Shown in pieces: positions 48,085-56,185 of a stretch of 64,000 nt of DNA. How positions within the stretch are numbered: position 1 is the first letter of the stretch; the number at the start of each line of letters is the position of its first letter. The position numbers and the translations under genes are program-made. This DNA comes from Alphaproteobacteria bacterium (GTDB lineage Bacteria; Pseudomonadota; Alphaproteobacteria; GCA-2731375), in NCBI GenBank assembly GCA_021776235.1, contig JAJFGG010000066.1, forward strand, positions 26,904 through 90,903, read 5' to 3'. Below the pieces are notes generated by a model. The model was not told where the DNA came from. It worked only from the letters and a program-made list of their open reading frames with translations, and made no database searches.

Positions 48085-48431
48085 GCCGCGAGTATAGCCG
48101 CCCGCCGCCAGACCCGGCAATGCCACGCGGACGGCGGCCATCTATTGGGGCAGGCGTGCCGGCTTCGATTTGTATGCAACCACAGAGTCCGCTCCTCAGC
48201 TCTGCGTCGCACCAGCCCGCGCAGGATACGTCCGCCCGCCCGGCGCCATTTCGGGAACTCGTCCGCCGCGGCCAGCAGGATCTCGCTATCGCCTTCGTCG
48301 ATATCCGGGTGGTCCATGGTCACCCTGGATCGGTCCAGGCCCCAGATCGAGCTATGGCAGATTGTGGCAATGCCGATGCAGACGGGGTCAGGTGTCCGCC
48401 AATAGGCGCGCCTGGCGTGTGAACTATGCAA
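48054..48431 (-). pseudogene. Decayed paralogue of the prophage GH24 lysozyme (N-terminus replaced, ~150-bp internal deletion)
   Basis: Translation ...GIATICHSSIWGLDRSRVTMDHPDIDEGDSEILLAAADEFPKWRRAGGRILRGLVRRRAEERTLWL aligns with the endolysin at 51841-52284 (GYGSIWGLDRARLTMAHPDISEGDGEILLA...ADEFLRWRRAGGRILRGLVRRRAEERALWL). It lacks the catalytic N-terminal EGFSPVPYLD region and the central segment. DNA-level similarity is also visible. Confidence 0.7.
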
Positions 48432-48589
48432 TGACGCGGTTTTTTTCCACCATGCCTACGCCTCATTGACTCCCGGGCACTTAGGATTTTATCCTTTTTT
48501 GCTGATGTTCTTATATCGAACAGCGTATGCGATAATAGACGGGCTGGTTGTCAATCCCGGAAATATTGATCCAATTAAGGAGGGGTGCA

Positions 48590-49837
48590 ATGTTTAGAAA
48601 ATTCTTTCTGCGTCTAATCGAAATTGTAACGGCGATATTTATTGCCGCTTACATTGCCTTTGTGCCCACAGTCGTGATGAGTCAAGGTCTTCCGGAAGGG
48701 ATGATTTACTTCTATGCCTATGGCAACGCTTCTGGCGAGGACGCCTGCCCGAAAGGCGGCGAGGCATTGCCCGGCGGAAACTTGATCAAGGTTGGTAAGG
48801 AATCAGCAGATCCGGTCGGGACGCCGCTGGAAGACAAAACCGACCCGATGCACACACACGGAAAGCGGGTCCTCGTTTATCCCAATTTGGAACCCATGTC
48901 GATTTATTCGAGCACCTGTGACAAGGGCGGCTCGGAGGATAAATCGGGAAACTGCAATTTTTCGGGGGCCGCGCCCGGACCATTTACGGGGATAGGCTTT
49001 GTCGAATCCGCATCTTCGGGGCTTTCTTTTTTTCAAATCACGGCCTGTAAACAAACCGAAAAGCCAGCTTCTAAGTCCGGGCTAGATGTATTTCCAGTGG
49101 GTGCAGTCGTGTTCACCACTGGCGTTTCATTATGTAGTCAAATTGACCATTCCTGGAAATCTTTTAACAACGCCGGCAACGGTCTCTTCATAGTCACCCC
49201 AATGTCAGGGCAAAGCGTCGGTTTTTCAGCGGTAGTGGGGGAAAAGGGTGATACGAACCACGTCCATGTGCTCAAGGGAGAATTCGCGACCCCAACGGTT
49301 TATTTCGCCGCGGTCGCGGGGAAAGAGGGTGAAAAAGGTGGGCGATTGGCCGTGTCGAAAACCGACTACAAATATTACAATGATACCGACGCAGGGCCAG
49401 GCCTCCCATACTTGCAATATCCCTTATGCGAAAAACAGGAGAGCGAAAGACGCTATAGGTACAACATTCCGTCTGGGGTGGTCGTCTTCTCCAATACAGC
49501 CTGCACCGATGGCTGGTCCGAGGTGCGGGACAAGAATGGGGATCGACCGGATGGCCGCTTTATCGTCACTTTGCTTGGTGGCGGCGCAAACTTAACCGCG
49601 TTTGGAGCGCAACCTGGTATCGATAATACAACGATGGTGAGCCACAGACACGAAGGTACAGCACTTATCTCCCCACCTGCAGCGGGAGTGACCGTGAGAT
49701 CGACCGTGGCACCGGTAGATCCCAAAAACCCCGGAAACTATGCCGGGATTTTTTTGCATGCGCCGAAAGATATCGAGACAAATGAGTCAAAGGTAAACGC
49801 CCCGTACGTCCGGCTCCGGCTATGTCAAAAGAACTGA
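48590..49837 (+). CDS. Hypothetical membrane-anchored/secreted Gly- and Cys-containing protein (415 aa), lower-GC DNA
   Basis: ATG at 48590 with AAGGAGG RBS; N-terminal TM (LIEIVTAIFIAAYIAFVPTVV). No recognised domain. Codon usage visibly AT-richer than the backbone. Confidence 0.55.
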   Translation: MFRKFFLRLIEIVTAIFIAAYIAFVPTVVMSQGLPEGMIYFYAYGNASGEDACPKGGEALPGGNLIKVGKESADPVGTPLEDKTDPMHTHGKRVLVYPNLEPMSIYSSTCDKGGSEDKSGNCNFSGAAPGPFTGIGFVESASSGLSFFQITACKQTEKPASKSGLDVFPVGAVVFTTGVSLCSQIDHSWKSFNNAGNGLFIVTPMSGQSVGFSAVVGEKGDTNHVHVLKGEFATPTVYFAAVAGKEGEKGGRLAVSKTDYKYYNDTDAGPGLPYLQYPLCEKQESERRYRYNIPSGVVVFSNTACTDGWSEVRDKNGDRPDGRFIVTLLGGGANLTAFGAQPGIDNTTMVSHRHEGTALISPPAAGVTVRSTVAPVDPKNPGNYAGIFLHAPKDIETNESKVNAPYVRLRLCQKN

Positions 49838-49937
49838 CGCCCGTCGAGTATCCGTGGACAGCGTAAGATAAGGGGTTCCCGCCGCCGAATCCGCCAGGAA
49901 GTCGGGTTCGCGATCACCAGTTGATGGCCGGCCGGCT

Positions 49938-50174
49938 TTGAGGATCATCGCGCCGAAGGCAATTGTAGCAAACCCACCGACGGCTGACCTCGACATCTAC
50001 CGCACCGCCAAGCTGTTGATAGACCAATACGGCGAAGATGCAGCCTTTCACGCCGGCATGCGGGTGGATGAGATGTTGGACAGGGGCGACTTGGACGGCA
50101 GGGCGGTTTGGCGGCGGGTTCTTGCGGCTGTGGAGGAATTGCAGAGTGTGGGGGTTGAGGGGCCGGTGCATTAG
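49938..50174 (+). CDS. Small hypothetical protein (78 aa) of uncertain reality (non-ATG start)
   Basis: ...DIYRTAKLLIDQYGEDAAFHAGMRVDEMLDRGDLDGRAVWRRVLAAVEELQ reads like a coding sequence. The only upstream in-frame start is TTG. Confidence 0.35.
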   Translation: MRIIAPKAIVANPPTADLDIYRTAKLLIDQYGEDAAFHAGMRVDEMLDRGDLDGRAVWRRVLAAVEELQSVGVEGPVH

Positions 50175-50237
50175 TGAATCATGGTTTGAAATTCAACATT
50201 CAAGGCGCGGTTCCCGCGCGTTGCATACAATTCAAGC

Positions 50238-51047
50238 TCAAAAAAAGCCCCTGAAATGATCCACTACAAGAGCAGTATAGTCACATAAATGTTGGGATAT
50301 TTTGAGAACAGGTAGGGGCTCCTGATTTGATTCAACCGCTGCTACAGCTGCACCAGTCCAGTCACCTGAAGCTGCTTCAATGGCACAATTAGTCCGATAC
50401 TCTAGAAGAACGGCCTCTGGTTCTAGAGGCCCAGCCCATACAGTAACATCTGGCGGAACATTCGCTGATGCGTCCTCATCAGAGTAAAATTTTACTGATG
50501 TAGATAATGAAATTCTCTCAGGTGCGACGAGCACAACAGGTGGAATCTGATGTTTATCTGTATTGCTAAATTTCTGAAGTAAAACTAGCGGATCCTGTTC
50601 AGGACAACCCAACACATCAACCTTATTTCGATGATATGGCTGAATCCTCTCGATCATTTCAACCGCTTTCTCAGGAAGCTGATTTAGCCTTGTCCTATCA
50701 AGTTGAGTTTCTTTCTCACATATTGGAAAATGTATTGCCCGTGGGTTCGTCGGAGGGTCAAGCTGAGTTCGCGCCAAGGCAAAGGCCAAGTTATCTAGAC
50801 CACTACGTAAATTATGAACGATTTCTCCAAAACAAAGAGACCAGTCTTGGGGTGTTTCTGGCGAATCGTATCTGTCTAATATTAATTTATAACCCATTCG
50901 CTCATCACGCAATTCGCAACGAGCTTTGATTGGATGTAGTTCATTCCAATTAGAGACCGAGACAGTAAGTTCGGATAACAATTTTGCTGCCCGCTGGAGC
51001 TTAAGCTCTGCAGGTTCAAGAAATTTAAGATGATCACCCTCGTTCAT
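50238..51047 (-). CDS. Hypothetical protein (269 aa) encoded on low-GC DNA
   Basis: Clean ATG at 51047; no recognisable motif. DNA markedly AT-richer than the surroundings; sits between the island genes and the prophage lysis cassette. Confidence 0.5.
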   Translation of the reverse strand: MNEGDHLKFLEPAELKLQRAAKLLSELTVSVSNWNELHPIKARCELRDERMGYKLILDRYDSPETPQDWSLCFGEIVHNLRSGLDNLAFALARTQLDPPTNPRAIHFPICEKETQLDRTRLNQLPEKAVEMIERIQPYHRNKVDVLGCPEQDPLVLLQKFSNTDKHQIPPVVLVAPERISLSTSVKFYSDEDASANVPPDVTVWAGPLEPEAVLLEYRTNCAIEAASGDWTGAAVAAVESNQEPLPVLKISQHLCDYTALVVDHFRGFF

Positions 51048-51840
51048 TGCAACAGCACCATAAATTTTTTACGAGTATTAGTAACAATATTTTTCATAGA
51101 AATTCGCAGAACTAGGGTCAAGATGCGCCCAGAACAAACTGCGAATCCTACAAGAAATTGCACCCGTACGGAGCTGGAAAACCTGACCCACTCAGACGGA
51201 ATAAAAGCGAACAAAAAGAGGGGCCAGGCAAACCCTGACCCCCCGATCCGTTTTTGCTCTTCAGGCTAACAATTGAACGACCACATAGGCTATTGCCCAA
51301 GCGATCGCGGCCATGTTGACCCGAACAACGATCTGAACAGTCATGATATTTCACGACCCTTCTGATCCACGGCGCCGCGAACCATAAGGTTGCGGGAAAC
51401 GCGCCCTGATCAACGGATAAGCCGCCGTTACAGGGATGATCGGCCCGCCATCCATTTTGGCCAAACAAGATGACGATCCCCGCTAGTTCAGCGGCAGTGC
51501 GGACCCATAAAGGGCTGCCCGTATACTGCGGCAACGGGGCTGCGGTTATCCGGTTAGGGAACGATCCACGGAACTAACGTGGGAACCCGCCGGGCCGCGC
51601 ATTCTCTCATGATCCGCTGGTTAACGAATCACGGGGAAGGCAGAGTAACATAAAATCGATATTCGAACGAATCGATCGGCGCCCACCAAACTACACGTGC
51701 TAAAGGCGGAGCCCCCTGCCATCCTATTTTCCCGCCAGACGCCCAACCAGGCCGTCCAGGCCCTCGACAAGCGCAAGCCGCCCAGGGCAATGATCACTTT
51801 CGCCGCATCGGGCCCCCGCACTCTGCCGCCAAAGGGGAAA

Positions 51841-52284
51841 TCAACCCAGCCACAACGCCCGCTCCTCCGCCCGCCGCCGTACCAAGCCACGCAGGATACG
51901 CCCACCCGCCCGGCGCCACCTGAGGAACTCGTCCGCCGCACCGGCCATATCGCCGCGGTTGGCCTTCATGCGCAGGGTTGAAGACTGCAGGTTGCCGCTG
52001 CCCAAGTTGTAGGTAAACGACACCAGGGCGGAGAACTGGCCCCCTGACAACGGCACACGGATCAGCCGCCGCACGGCCCGTTCGGTATGTTGCAGCATCC
52101 GCGCCAGCAGGATCTCACCATCGCCTTCGCTGATATCCGGATGCGCCATGGTCAGCCGGGCCCGATCCAGGCCCCAGATCGAGCCATAGCCGATAGTGGG
52201 GATACCTATGGGGTCCAGGTACGGCACAGGCGAGAAGCCTTCGAAATGCTTGATGATCTCCAGGCCGGCGGCGTTGGTCTTCAT
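51841..52284 (-). CDS. Phage lysozyme (GH24 endolysin)
   Basis: EGFSPVPYLDPIGIPTIGYG motif (catalytic Glu and conserved fold of T4-type lysozymes); 4-bp overlap with the upstream holin-like gene. Confidence 0.8.
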   Translation of the reverse strand: MKTNAAGLEIIKHFEGFSPVPYLDPIGIPTIGYGSIWGLDRARLTMAHPDISEGDGEILLARMLQHTERAVRRLIRVPLSGGQFSALVSFTYNLGSGNLQSSTLRMKANRGDMAGAADEFLRWRRAGGRILRGLVRRRAEERALWLG

Positions 52285-52733
52285 TTCGGGTAGAACGTCT
52301 TCATGGCCCGGTGGCCAAACCAGAACGACAGGATGGCCGCAAACAGGGCCCGGGTTTCCTCGTCCCAGACCTGGGTCAGCGTTTCCAGGCTGACACCATC
52401 CGAGCCGAAGATCAGATACATAGCGGCGGATTTGATGAAAACGAACTCCAGCACCATGATGTAGGTCACCACCGGGCGCACGGATCCGCGCAGGGCATCG
52501 ACCCAGGCGATACCGGCCTTGCGGTCGTGGCGGTGCAGGCTTTCTGTCTCGCGGATATCGGCATCGATGTTGATTTCCTCCAGGCGCTGGGTATGGGCCT
52601 GGGTCTGCGCCTGCATCTGCAGATCCATCACTTTCAGTTCGTGCGCCTTGTCCTGGCGGTCCTGGAAATAATCCATCACCTTGGGCAGGAACGACGTGCC
52701 GAAGCCCAACAGGGAACCGAGTAGAGAGAGCAT
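52281..52733 (-). CDS. Putative holin (3 predicted TM segments)
   Basis: 150 aa with TM1 LSLLGSLLGFGTSF, TM2 VVTYIMVLEFVFIKSAAMYLIF, TM3 LFAAILSFWFGH. Immediately upstream of, and overlapping, the endolysin gene. Confidence 0.55.
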   Translation of the reverse strand: MLSLLGSLLGFGTSFLPKVMDYFQDRQDKAHELKVMDLQMQAQTQAHTQRLEEINIDADIRETESLHRHDRKAGIAWVDALRGSVRPVVTYIMVLEFVFIKSAAMYLIFGSDGVSLETLTQVWDEETRALFAAILSFWFGHRAMKTFYPK

Positions 52734-53081
52734 GCTGTTACCTCATGAAAAAAAGCCGCCTCGGTGGGCGGCTTGCGTTGGTTGCGGTGTATTCGTTAGA
52801 AAACTGCCGTTTAGGCGCTGCCGCGGCAGGAGTGGAATTATTCCAACGATACGGACCACCCCAGCAAAACCAATAAACGGAGGCGCGGGCGAAAACTCAC
52901 AACAGACTGCTGTGTCCAGAATGGACAATGGAACCGCTGTTGAGTAAAATTGGGCTTGATCTCTAAGCGTACATTCATAAAGCAATATGAAAGAGACTAT
53001 TTTGCATAGGAATTGTATCTCGAAAAGTACAAATATTTGGAAGCGTACAACTGAAGTAAGGTATTTCTTGGTATTTCGGAT

Positions 53082-53372
53082 ATGAATAGGTCAATAATTG
53101 AATATTTAGCACCGTGGGTTGGACATATTTTATTGTTCGTTTCAATTTCTCTTTTTTTATTGGCATTCGTATACCATTTCAGGCTTAGGTGGGCAATTGA
53201 AAATAGAATACACGGAAAATTTTTTACAAAACAATTTTATGTTAGGACAAGGCTTCTAAATCCTATCGAAAGAAGGTATAGACGTTTATCGAATTTGTTT
53301 GGTTTTATTTCTTTTATTATTTTTGCTTTCCATATTGAGTATTTAAAGAGACATAAAGAGTTGTCTTTTTGA
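53082..53372 (+). CDS. Small membrane protein (96 aa, 2 TM) in AT-rich moron
   Basis: ORF within the ~1-kb AT-rich segment (about 52.95-54.0 kb). Hydrophobic segments ILLFVSISLFLLAFVY and LFGFISFIIFAF. Confidence 0.4.
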   Translation: MNRSIIEYLAPWVGHILLFVSISLFLLAFVYHFRLRWAIENRIHGKFFTKQFYVRTRLLNPIERRYRRLSNLFGFISFIIFAFHIEYLKRHKELSF

Positions 53373-53473
53373 TCGTTAGAAATTCTCTGTCGCTCTGATC
53401 CCAATTGCCGCCGGAAGGATTGTCGCAAAATATCACCAAATTCGGGAACCGCGGCTACGCGGACGACCTACCT

Positions 53474-53989
53474 CTATCCAAAATGCAATAGCATCATAGA
53501 TAAAAAATTTGAATACCAAGCAAAAACGATGCCAGAAAAAGACACAAGCGCAGCAGGACCTTGCGTCTCTTTCAGTTGGCCAACAAGGTAAATGAAAGCA
53601 CCGATTTGGATCGCCATAACTGCAAGAAATATCCCGGCGCTTACAGACTGGGAGACTTGTCCCGAAAGAGAATTAGCTACCTCAAACAGCCCCAAACTCA
53701 ATAAAAGCGGCATCAACAACCACAAGAACCCGACTTGTCGCCGCCATATCCCGATAACCAGTCCTATGATCAGACAAATCGCCGCGGCAACCAGCAAAAT
53801 GAAGCTACCAAGATAGCTAAAAATGCCAATGAGCTCAAAAATAGCCAACAATTCCCCAACTTTGATTACAACACATAGCAACTTTGGCGCATTCGAATTA
53901 TTCCGGTTAGGAGGGCTGAGCCAATGCCATCGCTTCAGGCTATCGCCCAACCAGCCTGCACGCAACCTGGCGGCGACTATGCGGGACAA
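53474..53989 (-). CDS. Membrane protein (up to 171 aa, ~4 TM) in AT-rich moron
   Basis: Hydrophobic helices LLAIFELIGIFSYLGSFILLVAAAICLIIGLVIGIW, FLWLLMPLLLSLGLF, IFLAVMAIQIGAFIYLV, ALVSFSGIVFAWYSNFLSMMLL. Start uncertain. Confidence 0.45.
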   Translation of the reverse strand: MSRIVAARLRAGWLGDSLKRWHWLSPPNRNNSNAPKLLCVVIKVGELLAIFELIGIFSYLGSFILLVAAAICLIIGLVIGIWRRQVGFLWLLMPLLLSLGLFEVANSLSGQVSQSVSAGIFLAVMAIQIGAFIYLVGQLKETQGPAALVSFSGIVFAWYSNFLSMMLLHFG

Positions 53990-53999
53990 TACGGCTCCC

Positions 54000-54266
54000 T
54001 CAGGCGCCAGGCTTCAGCGCATCCCAGACCAAGGCCGCCACCAAAACCAACGTGCCGGTCAGGACGGTCAGCACCGCCTTGCGCCCGGCGGCATCGGCTA
54101 ACTTGCGCCAGCGCCTCGCATGCACCAGATCGGCGCGGAACTCGTTGACCTGGGCCTGGTCTTCAATATCCACACCAAGCAAGCGCCAGGTGTCCCGCAT
54201 GACGCTGTGGGCCGCGGCAACGCCCGCCTCCTGGGCAATGGCCTGGATTTCGTCCCGGTCTCTCAT
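54000..54266 (-). CDS. Small phage protein with C-terminal TM (88 aa)
   Basis: ORF with C-terminal hydrophobic helix VLTVLTGTLVLVAALVW, located between the tail-fiber-proximal genes and the moron. Confidence 0.4.
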   Translation of the reverse strand: MRDRDEIQAIAQEAGVAAAHSVMRDTWRLLGVDIEDQAQVNEFRADLVHARRWRKLADAAGRKAVLTVLTGTLVLVAALVWDALKPGA

Positions 54267-54568
54267 GTGGTGGGCCCCTCTGTTATCCGTTCAAGGTATT
54301 CCCAGGCCTGGCCGGCGGTGACCATGCAGGAGATGCCGTTGGGGTGAGTGACGATGATGGTCCAGGTGCCCTTGGCCGAGGTCAGGACCTCCAGCACCCG
54401 GCCGGTCGCCGTTACGCCCATGGCGCTGGGGGCCTCGCCGTGGCTGCGACCTAGATGGGCCAGGAATTTCCCGCGCTCGCCACAGACCGCGGCGGGGGAT
54501 ACCTGGGCCTGGGCTAGATTGGGCATAAAAAAAGCCGCCAGGGCGGCGGCCAGCAGGGGATATCGCAT
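54263..54568 (-). CDS. Small secreted phage protein (101 aa)
   Basis: Signal peptide MRYPLLAAALAAFFMPNLAQA followed by a ~80-aa Cys-containing domain; 4-bp overlap with the downstream ORF. Confidence 0.45.
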   Translation of the reverse strand: MRYPLLAAALAAFFMPNLAQAQVSPAAVCGERGKFLAHLGRSHGEAPSAMGVTATGRVLEVLTSAKGTWTIIVTHPNGISCMVTAGQAWEYLERITEGPTT

Positions 54569-54574
54569 TTCGTC

Positions 54575-55009
54575 CTACTCCGGCTTGGGGATGCGGGCCT
54601 TGATCGCCAGCACCTTGCCCAATAGATCGTCCATCTCCTGGATCAGCGGTGTGCCGTCCAGGCGCAACTGGTTGTACTGCTTCAGGATGACATCCAGGCA
54701 GTCACCGATCGCGTTCATCTGGCCCGGTTCCCGGCCCAGGGCGGCGGCGTAGGCGGCGGCGCGCCGTTGCCGGTAGCTGGGCTCGTTGGCCGCCTGCCGG
54801 GCCGCCTCCGCCGCCGCATACGCCGCCCTGGTCATGTATCCGGGCCCGGCGCTCGCGGCCCGATAGGCCGCTGCATGGCGGCCGATCTTGGCCGCCAGGG
54901 CGGCTTCCGGATCGCCCCTGAAGCTGGCCTGGCAATGGCGCCACCAGGCGGCCGGGTCCACAACCGCATGGGCCAGGACCGCCGTTTCGTTTTGGCTCAA
55001 TTCCCGCAT
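54575..55009 (-). CDS. Hypothetical phage protein (144 aa) downstream of the tail fiber gene
   Basis: Ala/Arg-rich protein with no recognised motif. Its position after the tail fiber gene might suggest an assembly-chaperone role, but that is unsupported. Confidence 0.4.
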   Translation of the reverse strand: MRELSQNETAVLAHAVVDPAAWWRHCQASFRGDPEAALAAKIGRHAAAYRAASAGPGYMTRAAYAAAEAARQAANEPSYRQRRAAAYAAALGREPGQMNAIGDCLDVILKQYNQLRLDGTPLIQEMDDLLGKVLAIKARIPKPE

Positions 55010-55021
55010 CTTGTCTGCCTC

Positions 55022-56101
55022 CTATGCCGCCAGCAGCAAGCCGCCGAACTGGCTTGACGTGGTCGCCGGTAAATCAACGATGGCCGTGCCGCCGTTTATG
55101 CTCAAATTGACCTTCGCAGTATCGGCGGCGTCCATGTAGGTGATGGCGGTGACTTCCAGTTCCAGGCGCTCGTCACCCGTGTTGGTTTCCCGTATGGCAC
55201 CGGGGTTGACCTGGCGGTTGTAGTTATAGCTCGGTGTCTGGATGCCCATCACCAGCGCGGTATGGGCACCGGCAACATCCACCATGTAAAGTTTTGTCCA
55301 GAGCAGGTAAAAGCCCGGCACCGGCGCCGTGAAGCTGGTGCCGTCGAAATTGCCGCCCTGGTCTTTTATGGTCGTGCCGAATGTCACGTCGGCCGAGCCG
55401 CCGGCGCCAAAGGTATTGTCCTGGGCCACTGATTTATGGGCCATGAAGGCCGGCTGGCCCGGCACCGACAGGCGCCCGGCGCCGTCAACGCTCAATTGCT
55501 CCTGGTTGGCAATGCCCAGGGTAGCGAGTGCGGCTGTTATGGTGGCATCGCCCAGCAGGGTCTGCATCAGGGTCGTGGGTACGATGCCGGCCACGATGGC
55601 CGCCGCCGCATAGGTGGCCAGGGCCGTGCCGGCGGCGTCAAAGCCGATCAGTTGCCCAGCCGCCGGCGTCACCTCCAGCCCGGTCAGCGAGGAGCTGACC
55701 GGCACCCGCAGCGAGCGCGCGTCCACCTCGTCCAGCTGCTGGTCGATCATCCGGGATTTGTCGATCATGCTTTCCAGGGTGTCGGTGTTCAGGGCCCCGG
55801 CGGTGGGCAGGTCGTCCGGCTGGCTCAGGGGCACGGCCCGTTTCAGGGTCACGGTCAGGGCAGGGGCGCCGCTGCCCCGGGGCGCCGTGCTATAGCTCAC
55901 ATTGCCGCCCGAATCCGAACCGACGCCCGAGACGGCAAAGCCCGAGGTAATCTCCGTATCGCCCTCGAAGACCTGCAAATGCGAGGCATCCAATATCTTG
56001 AAGGTATAGGGAAACACAGTCTGCAGTTCCGCCGCCGCATAGCGGTCAACGGCGGCCGATGCCGATAGGGTCATGGCCTCTCCTTTCCATTGTCGTGCCA
56101 A
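55022..56101 (-). CDS. Tail fiber protein (T7 gp17-like N-terminal tail-attachment domain)
   Basis: N-terminus ...LQTVFPYTFKILDASHLQVFEGDTEITSGF... resembles the conserved N-terminal domain of T7-type tail fibers. C-terminal Gly/Thr-rich region. Confidence 0.55.
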   Translation of the reverse strand: MARQWKGEAMTLSASAAVDRYAAAELQTVFPYTFKILDASHLQVFEGDTEITSGFAVSGVGSDSGGNVSYSTAPRGSGAPALTVTLKRAVPLSQPDDLPTAGALNTDTLESMIDKSRMIDQQLDEVDARSLRVPVSSSLTGLEVTPAAGQLIGFDAAGTALATYAAAAIVAGIVPTTLMQTLLGDATITAALATLGIANQEQLSVDGAGRLSVPGQPAFMAHKSVAQDNTFGAGGSADVTFGTTIKDQGGNFDGTSFTAPVPGFYLLWTKLYMVDVAGAHTALVMGIQTPSYNYNRQVNPGAIRETNTGDERLELEVTAITYMDAADTAKVNLSINGGTAIVDLPATTSSQFGGLLLAA

Positions 56102-56185
56102 GCCATGCTGGAAGGGCCCAATCGAAAGGACCCCGGAGCACCGTCAGCAACTCTCGCGCATTGCGCCACCGGATGGCCGGGGTGA

